Shown: piece by piece, positions 9,309 through 19,410 of the stretch
Layout of the letters: every line of letters begins with the position of its first letter
How positions within the stretch are numbered: position 1 is the stretch's first letter
DNA from: a virus
Taxonomy: Duplodnaviria > Heunggongvirae > Uroviricota > Caudoviricetes
Reading direction: 5' to 3' (one strand)
Length of the DNA stretch: 34,634 nucleotides
IMG/VR virus record: IMGVR_UViG_2541047873_000007
Notes under the pieces: model-generated
The model's input: only the letters and a program-made list of their open reading frames with translations
Database searches by the model: none
Told to the model about the DNA's origin: nothing
Program-made: the position numbers and the translations under genes

Positions 9309-9830
9309 TCAGCCCCCGATATTGATACGGTAGTCAGTCAGTTGATCAACACCGCCGACCCGGAAGATGTTGGCCAGATAGTCCAGTTGCAGCAGCTCTT
9401 CACCATCCAGTACCTGTCTGATATACGTGCAGGTGAAGCTACTGGAGAACTCGGCGTTCTCGTGCTGTTTGAACGTCCCCAGCGGGTTCTTCTTGAACAT
9501 AATCGTCAGGAAGGTGACCAGCGGGATTTCGTCAATCAGCCCCTGCGAGCTGTAGCGCTGGACGCTGGAACGACACTGCAGTGCCAGCGACCTGTACGGG
9601 TTCGCGGCAGACAGCATCGCATCGCGGTAAAAGCTGTTCCATTTGATTTCGCCTTCCAGTTTGTCAAAACCAGCCGGGAGTTCCACCTTACCCACCATCC
9701 CCAGCGCCTTGTGTTCCTGCATAATCATGGAGACATCGGGGAGTTTAACTTCCTCAGCCCGTCCCAGCAGGTTAGTACCATCCAGATAGATGTTGGCATT
9801 CGTGATGCGGTTTATCTCAATCTTTGACAT
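9309..9830 (-). CDS. Tail tube protein
   Basis: 173 aa directly downstream of the sheath gene. Confidence 0.7.
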   Translation of the reverse strand: MSKIEINRITNANIYLDGTNLLGRAEEVKLPDVSMIMQEHKALGMVGKVELPAGFDKLEGEIKWNSFYRDAMLSAANPYRSLALQCRSSVQRYSSQGLIDEIPLVTFLTIMFKKNPLGTFKQHENAEFSSSFTCTYIRQVLDGEELLQLDYLANIFRVGGVDQLTDYRINIGG

Positions 9831-11257
9831 CAGTTGCCCCCTTTCAGGGTTAACAGGTATTCCGAGGTGATCTCAGTCTCAAACGTCAGTCGCTCCAGCG
9901 GCGGTGGTGGCGTATATTTGTAGCTCAGCAACAGGTGCCCGGCGGCCAGCTCCGTCTCCGGATTGCGGGCCGGATCAAACCAGCAACGGAAGCCCAGTAC
10001 CGCACCATCACCAGTCATTTTGCGACCGTAGGCGTTGACCGACTCCGTCAGTGCATCAATCAGCGCCTGAGTAATCGGCATGTCGATGTACTGCTGGCTG
10101 AAATAACGAATGGACTCGTTGATCACATCACCGGTGCGGCGAACGTTCTCAAAGTTACGCATATGGGTGACCGTTGGCCATGCTGCCGTCCGGTTACCCC
10201 ACAGACGAAGGCCGCTGCCGTAACTGCTGAATACCGTGGTGATCCCCTGTTCGTTAAGCAGGTTCACCTCACTCTGCGGGTCATCAATCATCGCGGACAG
10301 CTGGCGCTCCACGCCGGTGATCCCCAGAATCTCCTGATTGGAGGATGACCACCAGTAGCCCTTGTCCAGATCGACTCTGGCACGCAGACCTGCTGCACGC
10401 TGGCTGAGCGGCTCCAGACGCTCTGTGTTTGTCACCGGGTCATATACCTTCACATGCGGATAGCACAGACGGACGCGGTCGGAGCTGGTATTGAAGTTGA
10501 TGGTGCCTTCCGGGCCACGACCTGCCAGAGCCTGTGCAAAGGTGGTACCGACAGGCGCATCAATGTAGGTTACCGCGCCCAGCTTCTCTGCCATGGCGAT
10601 AAGCTCAACTGCGACACTCTTCTGGGTGCAGAACACCGGCGCAATCAGAATTTTGGCGAAATAGCCGTACAGGTTGAAGCTGTCGTTAAGCAGCTTCATG
10701 CCAGTTCGGTTTCCGGCGCTATTCACCCCGCCGATGATGTCCGCCGCAGTCACCTTCGACGGGTCCGCGTACTCATAGCTCACCTTCACGCTGCCACCGG
10801 CCTCAATAGCCTTGCCCAGGTTCGTGAGCACACCCGCCTGCGCATCAACACGGTAGTCCGTGTTCGCCGTGTGGGTGGTGCTGCCTTCACTGTTTTTCAC
10901 CACCACATTAGCGACAACCGGATGCGCCAGTCTGGCCTGCCCTGTCGATTTGTCAAAGGTAACCACCTCATCCTCGATCGCCGTTTTATGTTTCGCCGGG
11001 TCGAGGACGTTAATGACCAGAACGGTACCTGCACCATGGTCATAAATCGCATCCAGCGCCTGCGGAATGGTAAAGCCGGTGAACTGGCTGCCAAATGCCG
11101 CTGCGTCTTTCTCAGACAGGCACTGTACCAGCGTATTGACATCCCCCATCGGGGCGGTACCAATCAGGCCAATAACGGCAGATTTCACCGTTTTAACCGG
11201 GCGGGCTCCGTTTTCCACCTCAATGGTTTCGGGACCATGCAGATAGTTAGCTGCCAT
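9830..11257 (-). CDS. Contractile tail sheath protein
   Basis: 475 aa; size and position upstream of the tube gene. Confidence 0.8.
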   Translation of the reverse strand: MAANYLHGPETIEVENGARPVKTVKSAVIGLIGTAPMGDVNTLVQCLSEKDAAAFGSQFTGFTIPQALDAIYDHGAGTVLVINVLDPAKHKTAIEDEVVTFDKSTGQARLAHPVVANVVVKNSEGSTTHTANTDYRVDAQAGVLTNLGKAIEAGGSVKVSYEYADPSKVTAADIIGGVNSAGNRTGMKLLNDSFNLYGYFAKILIAPVFCTQKSVAVELIAMAEKLGAVTYIDAPVGTTFAQALAGRGPEGTINFNTSSDRVRLCYPHVKVYDPVTNTERLEPLSQRAAGLRARVDLDKGYWWSSSNQEILGITGVERQLSAMIDDPQSEVNLLNEQGITTVFSSYGSGLRLWGNRTAAWPTVTHMRNFENVRRTGDVINESIRYFSQQYIDMPITQALIDALTESVNAYGRKMTGDGAVLGFRCWFDPARNPETELAAGHLLLSYKYTPPPPLERLTFETEITSEYLLTLKGGN

Positions 11258-11501
11258 GGGTGTCCTCCGTTTTCACTTCGCTGTCACTGCTGCTTCTGCG
11301 CTTTGGTGACTGCACAGCCGGTGTGCCGGCGGGTTTAGTCTCTTCAGGTACCGGCGTCAGATGTTTCAGCGCCACCAGTACCTTCACGTAGTCATGCTCC
11401 TCCGGCAGGGAAACCGTCTTCCCCGGCCAGAGCAGGATTTCGGTTCCGTCCGACAGCGTGACGCCGCTGGCCGGGCCGGAATAGCGGTATTCTTTCATCA
11501 C
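11247..11501 (-). CDS. Small virion-associated protein (Mu gp38-like)
   Basis: 84 aa, overlapping neighbours inside the head-tail joining module. Confidence 0.4.
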   Translation of the reverse strand: MMKEYRYSGPASGVTLSDGTEILLWPGKTVSLPEEHDYVKVLVALKHLTPVPEETKPAGTPAVQSPKRRSSSDSEVKTEDTHGS

Positions 11502-11962
11502 TCGCTTTCCTCATAGTTCACTTCGGTTAACAGCGGGCCGGACGGTAAATCGCTGTCTTCGATAAAGACGCTTTCAGTCGCGAAGTCGAGGGCGTACTGC
11601 CACAGCCCCCTGACTTCACCGATAAACACCTCGCGGGTCAGCCAGATACGGCGGCGGCAGCCGGGCGGGGTGTGGCCACCGAGAATGCGGCGGACAGCAT
11701 CCAGGACATTAATCGCCCCTTTTTTACCGTTGAGCTGGCGGAAGACCACCGTGACGCAGAGCTGGATAGTCTGAGACTGGATCACCGCACCGGTATCATC
11801 CGGCCTGTCAAAGCGCGAACCGGCATAGCTCAACAGCAACGCGCCAACCGGATGGTTCAGGCGATATTCAGCCGGTTTCTCCGGGAAGTACTCCACCTGC
11901 AGTTGCGGCAGCTTCTCGCGTAACCGGGCCAGTACCGCATCAAGGACGGGCAGAACGTTCAT
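11498..11962 (-). CDS. Head-tail joining/structural protein (Mu gp37-like)
   Basis: 154 aa; synteny. Confidence 0.5.
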   Translation of the reverse strand: MNVLPVLDAVLARLREKLPQLQVEYFPEKPAEYRLNHPVGALLLSYAGSRFDRPDDTGAVIQSQTIQLCVTVVFRQLNGKKGAINVLDAVRRILGGHTPPGCRRRIWLTREVFIGEVRGLWQYALDFATESVFIEDSDLPSGPLLTEVNYEESE

Positions 11963-12408
11963 CAGTATTTCTCCAGTAAACCGTCACGACCGCCGAAAGT
12001 GGCCGGGCGACTGCGTACACGAAACTCGCCAGGCTCAGGCACATCTTTCTGAGTGGACGGCAGCCCCAGCGTGAGCCTGTTATCACGTAACTCCCTGAGT
12101 TGCCGCAGCGCTTCTTTGTGGTCATCCTTCACCGTATCCGGGAGGTCACCTTCCGGGCGGCGGGCGTAGAGCCGGTAACGGACCAGCGTGATGGCAATGT
12201 CCCGCAGAACAGTCGGTATCTCTGCCAGTGGCAGGATATAGCGTCCGCGCAGATGGGCATCAATCAGCTCGTCGGCATAGCGGATACAGCTGTCCACCAC
12301 ACGGGTATTCACTGTTGCAGGCGAGTCGAAGTCCATCTCTTCACTGGTGAGCTCGATAAGCGTCCGCTCCGGCACCTGCGCAAGCAAATCCTCCAGGGTG
12401 CAGTACAT
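11962..12408 (-). CDS. Head completion protein (Mu gp36-like)
   Basis: Internal start MYCTLEDLLAQVPERTLIELTSEE... at 12408, immediately after the upstream stop at 12410-12412; the longer 202-aa track ORF is rejected. Confidence 0.55.
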   Translation of the reverse strand: MYCTLEDLLAQVPERTLIELTSEEMDFDSPATVNTRVVDSCIRYADELIDAHLRGRYILPLAEIPTVLRDIAITLVRYRLYARRPEGDLPDTVKDDHKEALRQLRELRDNRLTLGLPSTQKDVPEPGEFRVRSRPATFGGRDGLLEKY

Positions 12409-12409
12409 G

Positions 12410-12748
12410 TCACACCCCGCGCAGGATACGAATGACGTCGCCTTCACCCCCGGCTTCATCAAGTGCAATACCACAGGATTTACCGTCGCCGGACTGCGGC
12501 ACGGCTCTGGCCTGAGCATCTGACTGAACAGCCACACCACGGCTGACAGCGGCCCCGGCCTCGACAGCAATAATGCCCAGAACGCTCACCGGCGTGCTGT
12601 CGCCGGTAACAGCATCCACTTCGGCAACCCCGAGCGCTGCGGCACCGGCTTTACAGGGGGTATTATCTGCCCCGACAAAACGCTGCTGTGCCAGTGCTGC
12701 CCCTGCCGTTACGGTTGTGATCAGAATGACCTGCTGAGTGGTTCCCAT
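12410..12748 (-). CDS. Small Gly/Ala-rich head protein downstream of the major capsid gene
   Basis: 112 aa, Gly/Ala/Val-rich; position. Confidence 0.45.
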   Translation of the reverse strand: MGTTQQVILITTVTAGAALAQQRFVGADNTPCKAGAAALGVAEVDAVTGDSTPVSVLGIIAVEAGAAVSRGVAVQSDAQARAVPQSGDGKSCGIALDEAGGEGDVIRILRGV

Positions 12749-12757
12749 AACGCCTCC

Positions 12758-13711
12758 TTATTTACTGATACCGGTAATGAGATACCCGGCATCGCCACCA
12801 ACCACGGCGACTTTGTAGATATCGGTATAACGGCAGTACTTCACCTTGCCACCGGCTCCGTCGTATTTGTCGGCAACAGGCATCCCCTTACGACGCAGGG
12901 TGTAGCCGAAGGACGGCTCGTTCTCGTCCGCGCTGTCCGCCCCCGGCTGCGGTTTGCCGACATAGTGCAGCATCAGATTGTCTCCCCAGATATCCGCCGG
13001 CACGCTGTTCTTATCCATTGCCGCTTTCATGGACGGCAGGGAGACCGGGGCACCGATGACGATCTCTTCGATCTGAAAGAGGTCCTGCAGGATTTCTGTG
13101 GTGATGCGCTTGCGTTCGTTGGCTCCGATAGCGGCCTGAATCGCCGGGTGGAACTTCAGCAGCGCCATCACGCCGGCCCCCATGGTCATCAGGTTAGGAC
13201 GCAGCCCCGTGGCCGTACGGACCGCTTCCATACCGGCTTCAATCACCCCGATGGGGTCCCCCTTACCACCGGCCCAGCGATCACTGGCTGTCAGTTTTTT
13301 GACGTGCCCGGTACGGTAGACCTTTTCATCCTGAGCCAGACGGGCAGCGATAAGTTCACGGCGCAGGTTCACGCCATTCGTGGCGCGACGGATGGCCTTG
13401 CTCTCTTCGTTAAACATGGACTCCGCCTGCTCGCGATAGTCCACCGGCGCAGCCAGATCGTGTTCACCCAGCACCAGGTCCAGCGTGCCTGTTTTTTCAC
13501 GGACCAGAACATTGCTGTCCGCCCCGACGGCACGCTCGGTGTCATATTCCACAAAGGCGGTTTTCCCGAAGGTCGGTACACGCACGCCTTCCTTGTCCGT
13601 CAGCACGACGGGGAAAATACGTTCGCCGATGAATGCGGCATTTTTATAGCCACGGGCGATACTGGTCAGTACCGGATCAACGACACGTTTACCTTTTAAG
13701 TAATCAGACAT
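12758..13711 (-). CDS. Major capsid protein (Mu T-like)
   Basis: 317 aa downstream of the protease/scaffold gene. Confidence 0.75.
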   Translation of the reverse strand: MSDYLKGKRVVDPVLTSIARGYKNAAFIGERIFPVVLTDKEGVRVPTFGKTAFVEYDTERAVGADSNVLVREKTGTLDLVLGEHDLAAPVDYREQAESMFNEESKAIRRATNGVNLRRELIAARLAQDEKVYRTGHVKKLTASDRWAGGKGDPIGVIEAGMEAVRTATGLRPNLMTMGAGVMALLKFHPAIQAAIGANERKRITTEILQDLFQIEEIVIGAPVSLPSMKAAMDKNSVPADIWGDNLMLHYVGKPQPGADSADENEPSFGYTLRRKGMPVADKYDGAGGKVKYCRYTDIYKVAVVGGDAGYLITGISK

Positions 13712-13725
13712 GCTCTCTCCTTAAA

Positions 13726-14841
13726 TTACAGGCAGCGTGCGACAGCAGCCTCATAGCTGATGCCTTCTTTTTTGGACAGGGCCACTGCTTTCTGATGCAG
13801 GGCCAGACGCTCAGGATCGGCTTCCGCAAACTCTGCCACATCCACCTTCACCGTGTCGCCGACACGCTCTTTTGTGGCCTGTTCGGCGAAATTCATCACC
13901 GGCTCCCCGTCGGAGAGCAATGAACGAAAGGCGGTGGCCAGCGGTGTGCGGCTTTCCCCCTCAGCAAACTCCACCGGCTTGTCGCCACCGGCGACGGCAT
14001 CCAGCAGGGCAACCACCACGGAGGAGGCGCGGGGAGCCAGACGGCCCTCTGCGACCAGTTTTTCTGCAAAGGCCACATTGTCCTTATGCAGTTGCTCCTG
14101 TCTGACCTGTGCATCACGCGCATCGCGATCAGCAGCCTGCTGCTTCAGGCGGCGGTTCTCCTCCTGAAGGGCTTCAATCTCTTCTTTTGTCATCGATGAT
14201 TCCTCGTTACTTGCGGAAGACGGCCCCGGGCCTGTCTCACTGAATTGTGCACCTGCTGCATCCTGCGACAGTGTGTCGCGGTACGCCTCTTCGCGCAGAC
14301 TGTTGAGCTGCCATTCCGGCAGGACTTTTTCTGCCTCGTCCAGACTGAAGCGGGCGATCAGAAAATCGCGCAGCTTTCCCCACAGGGAGGCATTCGTGAT
14401 GGCCTGCCAGTCGGCGAACTCCACCACACCTTCTTCCTGCTCACTGAAGGACACCTGTTTCAGCCCCTTGACGGAAGGTGGCTGTGCCCCGAGAAAGCCC
14501 ACATGGCGAAGGTAGAGCACGCCGGGCTTCGGATTGGACGGTGAATCCGGGAGGTAGAAAGAGGCGGACACTTTTTTGAATCGTCCGTCGGTGACCATCT
14601 CAGCAAACTGCGGGTCCAGCTGGGCAGGCTCTGCCATCAGATCGACGCCGCTGAGCGACAGGGCTTTCACCCAGCCCCACGCCGGGTCTTCCGTTCTGGG
14701 ATGACCAATCACGAGTGGTGCTTCATGGACGGACGGGTCATAGGCTTTCACGCAGGCGGCAAGATCGTCTGGCGTGAACGGCAGTTTTTTGCCGTGCATA
14801 TCGGTATGAGTACCGGCTTTAAAAATGTGAATGGCTGACAT
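13726..14841 (-). CDS. Head maturation protease/scaffold (Mu I-like)
   Basis: 371 aa with an acidic, coiled-coil-like C-terminal half; position upstream of the capsid gene. Confidence 0.7.
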   Translation of the reverse strand: MSAIHIFKAGTHTDMHGKKLPFTPDDLAACVKAYDPSVHEAPLVIGHPRTEDPAWGWVKALSLSGVDLMAEPAQLDPQFAEMVTDGRFKKVSASFYLPDSPSNPKPGVLYLRHVGFLGAQPPSVKGLKQVSFSEQEEGVVEFADWQAITNASLWGKLRDFLIARFSLDEAEKVLPEWQLNSLREEAYRDTLSQDAAGAQFSETGPGPSSASNEESSMTKEEIEALQEENRRLKQQAADRDARDAQVRQEQLHKDNVAFAEKLVAEGRLAPRASSVVVALLDAVAGGDKPVEFAEGESRTPLATAFRSLLSDGEPVMNFAEQATKERVGDTVKVDVAEFAEADPERLALHQKAVALSKKEGISYEAAVARCL

Positions 14842-14896
14842 TTTGCTGTCCCGCGTTATGTTGTCGGAGACAGTTTGTGAGAAATGCAGGCCCGGC

Positions 14897-14919
14897 GATT
14901 TTAATCTGCTTTAGAAAAC
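14897..14919 (-). promoter_or_regulatory. Late promoter/activator-site motif D (GATTTTAATCTGCTTTAGAAAAC), upstream of the protease/scaffold gene
   Basis: Weaker copy (core GATTTTAA ... TTTAGAA) in a 214-nt intergenic region, 56 nt from ATG 14841. Confidence 0.35.
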
Positions 14920-14965
14920 ATCAGGGGAGAAGGACAGGGAAAGCAATGCGGTGAACCGGAGGCGG

Positions 14966-15013
14966 TTATAAAACAGAGGCTGTAAAGCCTTTATAAAGGT
15001 AATACAGCCCCTC
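14966..15013 (-). terminator. Stem-loop plus T-run after the G-like gene, upstream of late promoter motif D
   Basis: Arms 14976-14984 and 15003-15012 enclose the perfect palindrome CCTTTATAAAGG; minus strand then reads TGTTTTATAA. Confidence 0.35.
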
Positions 15014-15055
15014 ATTCGCTGGCAATGATAAATCACCCGCCTGAAGAGAGAAAAC

Positions 15056-15514
15056 TCAGCGACGGGCCGCTGATTCAAGATGGCGGACAATGGTATCGAG
15101 GATGGGGATTACCACTTCAGGCTGTAGTTCTCCATCCCCCGTCACCGGCAGGAACGGGCGGGCCGGAAGTTCAACAGACTCATTACGCCCCGTTTTACCC
15201 CCGAACTGGTGAATGGCACCGTAAACAACGTTGGTCCCCACAACAGCCTGCCGGTCGTCATGGTCGGTTGATACTGACCCCATCAGACGCCCGGTATCCT
15301 GCAGTGTCTGCCCGTCACGTTCTTCCGCTGCCAGCGAGGGGATCCACCCCGGACGCCCCTCATCAAGAAAGTTAAACTGTGTTTCCGCCAGCAGGGTTCC
15401 GGCGATTTTGCGCATCGCGGGCTCCAGGTCTGTGGCAGCAAGATCCAGCGCACGGAGGCTCCGGCGCAGGGATTTATCGTTAATGGTGATACTGACCAGG
15501 TTATCGGAAGCCAT
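15056..15514 (-). CDS. Virion morphogenesis protein (Mu G-like)
   Basis: 152 aa between the F-like and I-like genes. Confidence 0.6.
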   Translation of the reverse strand: MASDNLVSITINDKSLRRSLRALDLAATDLEPAMRKIAGTLLAETQFNFLDEGRPGWIPSLAAEERDGQTLQDTGRLMGSVSTDHDDRQAVVGTNVVYGAIHQFGGKTGRNESVELPARPFLPVTGDGELQPEVVIPILDTIVRHLESAARR

Positions 15515-15516
15515 TG

Positions 15517-16338
15517 TTATCCTCTCAGTTCCTGTTGTGCCAGTGGCTGAAGCGTACCCTGATAGCGGGCCAGGTCGGGACGGTATGCTGCCCCCGGTGC
15601 ATAAGACCAGCCGACGTCGGTGGTCACCTTCGTGGTGCCGGTATTAAAGGTGGCCACGTTCCGCATTTCGCCGGTTTTCTCTGAGACCAGTTTCAGTTCC
15701 TGGCCCATGGCAGAGCCGGAGCTGATAACCTTCAGGCCACGGGCACGGACATCCGCCGCACTCAGGGCAATCACACTACAGCGGCAGCGCCAGCCGTTCG
15801 GCGGGTAAAATGCCTGCCAGAACGGGTCATCCCAGCGCAGCACCAGACCATGCAGCGCCAGATGGCTCCTGCGGGTATGGCTGTCGTTGATGCCGGTATA
15901 CATCCAGTACGGCCTGTCGTCGACGTTTTCCATCTGTTCCGCCCAACGACCGGCGCTGTAGAGTACGGACATATTGGTGCGAAAGATGGTATCGAGCCGC
16001 CACGGACTGCCCTGCTGAATGGTGACCGGCTTACCCGTTACCGGGTCAGTCGTGTCACGTGGTCCCCACCATCCCTTACGCTTCAGCACCGGCTCCAGCT
16101 CCTGCCGGAACCAGCGATCGGTTTTTCCTTCATCGACAGCCTGCTGCAGTGCCCCGCGAATATCTTCCAGGATATCCAGGCGGGTCACTTTAGCAACGGT
16201 AAAGGCGCGGGCATGGGCCTCCTGCCACATTTCTTCCCAGTCCCAGGTAATCTGATACCCTTTGGACTTCAGGTAACTGACTGCCCGCTTCGGGGGAAGC
16301 GTCATGCAGTACGCCAGTTCAGCCGTTGTCACGCTCAT
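15517..16338 (-). CDS. Minor head / head morphogenesis protein (Mu F-like)
   Basis: Start chosen at ATG 16338 (GGGGA 7 nt upstream); position after the portal gene; start uncertain. Confidence 0.65.
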   Translation of the reverse strand: MSVTTAELAYCMTLPPKRAVSYLKSKGYQITWDWEEMWQEAHARAFTVAKVTRLDILEDIRGALQQAVDEGKTDRWFRQELEPVLKRKGWWGPRDTTDPVTGKPVTIQQGSPWRLDTIFRTNMSVLYSAGRWAEQMENVDDRPYWMYTGINDSHTRRSHLALHGLVLRWDDPFWQAFYPPNGWRCRCSVIALSAADVRARGLKVISSGSAMGQELKLVSEKTGEMRNVATFNTGTTKVTTDVGWSYAPGAAYRPDLARYQGTLQPLAQQELRG

Positions 16339-17815
16339 GCAGACGTCCCCGGATATTTGCCACAAAGAGAATACGGGCCAGCCGTTCCTGCAGATCGTCC
16401 GTGTTCATCTGAGGGTAGAGCTCCGCCAGTTCGCCCAGCAGCTCAGTCGGGTTAACCCCGTTTTCGACCCGCTTAAACAGAGGTGCCAGGACGGGTTCCA
16501 GCGTGCCATTTAACACACCTCCGTTCATCAGAATGTCCAGCGCGTCGTCAAGCTGCTGCTGAGCCTGAATATCGGCATCAATCGCCTCGGCAAATGACAG
16601 CGGCAGCATGTTATTCTGGCGTTCCGACGGTGATGTCTCGTCAATATCGCCGTCCTGCAGTTGGTACTCACGCTTAAAGTATTGCGGGGTCAGACGCAGA
16701 CCCGCCCGGGTGAGTTTTTCGTCGCGGGTGGCGCGGGTGTCATCAATGGTCTCCTGTTCCCACATGGCCCAGACCGGACACGGCACATCGCCGAAGTTCA
16801 GGGTGACCACCGTTCTGATAACCTGATTCACTGCTGCCTGAATGATGTCCGCATCCGCATCGCGGATATCAGCCGTTACCTCCAGCCCGGCCTGTGCAGA
16901 GGCCTTGTTACTGTTCGCTTCCGTGGTCTGATTCTGACCAAGTAATGCAATGGAGATCTCACTGCGTGACAGTGTGATCAGCTCGCGGAATACCTCGCTG
17001 CTGTCCGCCTTACCATCCGCGGCTTTGAGTTCGATGCTGCTGTCATCGGGGATGGTGGCCACCGCGTCCTCCACCATCTGCTCCATGGAGTCCAGCAGTT
17101 TTTCAATCTCTGCATCATTTGCACCCCTCGGGTGCTTACCGATCACCCACGGGGAGCCAAACTTTTCGGCAAAGCGGAGCCAGAATTTCATCCCGCCTTT
17201 CTTGAAGGCGACCGGCCAGAAGCACATGGACAGGTCCGGGAAACCGTAAGGATTGTCATACGAGGCATCCTGTGCCGGCACCACGAATTTTGACGGTGAC
17301 AGCAGCTCACCCTCCACACCCGCATCACGCGCCCGGAAGCGCAGGCAGTTGTCCGTATCAAACTGAAACCACTCAGGCGGTTTGCCGACAATATCCGTCA
17401 CTGCCCACGCCCTGACCGAACGGCCCCACATGATTTCACAGGGCTGATACCCGTAGAGCACGGCATCACTCATCTCACCGATGATGCGGGACAGATCCAG
17501 ATCGTCGAGCATGTCGCGGATGAAACGGAAGACCCGGGCAGAAGCGTGACCGCGCTCCAGTCCACGCTCCAGTGATTTGAGCGCTGCTTTACGTCTGCGG
17601 ATACAGCCCCCAACCAGCGGGTCGGTGCGCAGTTCGCGGTAGATACGGATATCCCGTCCCTGAGCCTTGAGAATGGGATCAGGATTGGGCAGATACATGC
17701 CCAGTCCGTAAAAGTCGATCGCGCGGCTGCGGGAGGCAATCTGCGCGGTCAGTGATTTCTGAGGCTCAGAAAAAGCAACAAATTCATCGGGTGAAACCCA
17801 GATACCCCTCGCCAT
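16319..17815 (-). CDS. Portal protein (Mu gp29-like)
   Basis: 498 aa immediately after the large terminase with TGATG stop/start overlap. Confidence 0.8.
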   Translation of the reverse strand: MARGIWVSPDEFVAFSEPQKSLTAQIASRSRAIDFYGLGMYLPNPDPILKAQGRDIRIYRELRTDPLVGGCIRRRKAALKSLERGLERGHASARVFRFIRDMLDDLDLSRIIGEMSDAVLYGYQPCEIMWGRSVRAWAVTDIVGKPPEWFQFDTDNCLRFRARDAGVEGELLSPSKFVVPAQDASYDNPYGFPDLSMCFWPVAFKKGGMKFWLRFAEKFGSPWVIGKHPRGANDAEIEKLLDSMEQMVEDAVATIPDDSSIELKAADGKADSSEVFRELITLSRSEISIALLGQNQTTEANSNKASAQAGLEVTADIRDADADIIQAAVNQVIRTVVTLNFGDVPCPVWAMWEQETIDDTRATRDEKLTRAGLRLTPQYFKREYQLQDGDIDETSPSERQNNMLPLSFAEAIDADIQAQQQLDDALDILMNGGVLNGTLEPVLAPLFKRVENGVNPTELLGELAELYPQMNTDDLQERLARILFVANIRGRLHERDNG

Positions 17816-19410
17816 CAGAATCCCTCCAGCATACGGGCCGCCTGACGACGACGGCGTGAGCTTGCCTTCACCGGCCCTTTGTTAATTTCACGGCTGGCGA
17901 AATACGCCAGCGCCAGTGCGATGGCTGAATCCCCGTGGCGTTTACCACCGTCAGCCTTTGCTTTTGAGCGTTGCTCCGGTACGCGGGGGACACCGTTCAC
18001 CACCTGAACGGCCCGCAGGTCATCCAGTGTGTCTTCATCCTTTGGTAAGTCCACCAGGTTACCGTCTTCCAGTGCAGCTTTGACCGGAGGCATATGCTCC
18101 CGGTACCAGCCTTCGGTTGGCATCACCTGCTGAACCCGGCCGGAGCCGTAGCGCTGCATGGCGTATTCAGCCAGATAGGCACCATTACCACGGGCATCAA
18201 ACGCTGCACCCAGCAGACCGGGCAGGCCATCCATCAGATACCAGGTGATTTGCTCCTGCTGTCTGAACGGCACGTTACGCAGCTCCAGTACGAATGGCAC
18301 GCGTCGTACCAGGTTCTTCTCCTGCAGCAGGGGATAGTCCACCGACAAATCACCGCTACGGCCAAAGTCGCGCCCCAGGAAAGAGCGGGCATCAGTGGGG
18401 AGTGCCTCCAGCAAGGGTTTCAGATACTCATCAAGCCAGTCCTGCGTCTCGCGGAAGCGAACCTCATCAGACAGCAGTTCATAACCTTCCTTGCAGGTCA
18501 GACGCAATACCGGCGTATCAGCGGACATGCGGGACTCTATCAGGGCACGGGACAGCCAGGCACCGCCACCGTTGGCCGGAATACAGTCAAGCTCTTCGGA
18601 TGCGCCGGCACCGTAGAATTTGTACACCGATGCCATCCAGGCCTGCTCGGATGCCTCCGACCATTCCTTCCCGGTGCGCAGACAGACGCGCCGGAACAGC
18701 CCCTCAGATACGGCTTCCCGGAAAGTGATGCGATGTATGCTGCCTCCCTGACGTCCGGCACGGATATCCCCGATAAGCGTATTGAACGGATTGTCGTCAC
18801 CGTCATGGGTGGAGATAACGCGTACCTTTCCCCCCCAGATAAGCATCGCCAGCGCCGCTTTCAGCAGTTCGTCCAGTTGCTCATGGAACGCCGCTTCGTC
18901 GATAACAATAATACCCTGACGGCCACGCAGGTTAGACGGGCGGCTGGAGAGCGCAACAATACGAAAGCCGGAGTCAGGAAATTTGATGGTGTAAGTCCTG
19001 ATGTGTTTGTCGTCGTCGTCCTCTTCCCAGAATCCTTCTTCAATTTCACTGGCCGCATAGTTGAATGCCCGTGCCCACATCGCACACGCCTGAATGTATT
19101 CGACGGTCATGTCCTGGTTATAAGCGATGTAATACACATTCATCCCGCCTGCTGGCGCAGAAGAGGCGGCGGTCAGTACGTTATCGGATGCCTCAGCCCA
19201 TGTAATACCGGTACGACGGCTCTTTTCTATCACCTTAAGCGGAGAGGTGTCTGCCACCCAGCGCTGCTGGTAAGGCAACAGAACGGGAGGAGCATCCAGC
19301 GCCGAGGTATCAGGCAAAACGGGAGCAAGGTTATTCCTCCCGTCCATGGGACTCATCCCTTCGGGGCCACCGCCAGCGGCGTTTAAAATCACTCCGGATG
19401 ATTTTGTCAT
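17815..19410 (-). CDS. Terminase large subunit (Mu gp28-like)
   Basis: 531 aa, acidic patches, between small-terminase-like and portal genes. Confidence 0.8.
   Translation of the reverse strand: MTKSSGVILNAAGGGPEGMSPMDGRNNLAPVLPDTSALDAPPVLLPYQQRWVADTSPLKVIEKSRRTGITWAEASDNVLTAASSAPAGGMNVYYIAYNQDMTVEYIQACAMWARAFNYAASEIEEGFWEEDDDDKHIRTYTIKFPDSGFRIVALSSRPSNLRGRQGIIVIDEAAFHEQLDELLKAALAMLIWGGKVRVISTHDGDDNPFNTLIGDIRAGRQGGSIHRITFREAVSEGLFRRVCLRTGKEWSEASEQAWMASVYKFYGAGASEELDCIPANGGGAWLSRALIESRMSADTPVLRLTCKEGYELLSDEVRFRETQDWLDEYLKPLLEALPTDARSFLGRDFGRSGDLSVDYPLLQEKNLVRRVPFVLELRNVPFRQQEQITWYLMDGLPGLLGAAFDARGNGAYLAEYAMQRYGSGRVQQVMPTEGWYREHMPPVKAALEDGNLVDLPKDEDTLDDLRAVQVVNGVPRVPEQRSKAKADGGKRHGDSAIALALAYFASREINKGPVKASSRRRRQAARMLEGF

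Noticed and set aside
11962-12570. 202-aa ORF as annotated in the track
   Set aside because: Its first 54 codons overlap the upstream gene in another frame; the family-typical N-terminus MYCTLEDL begins at 12408, right after the upstream stop.
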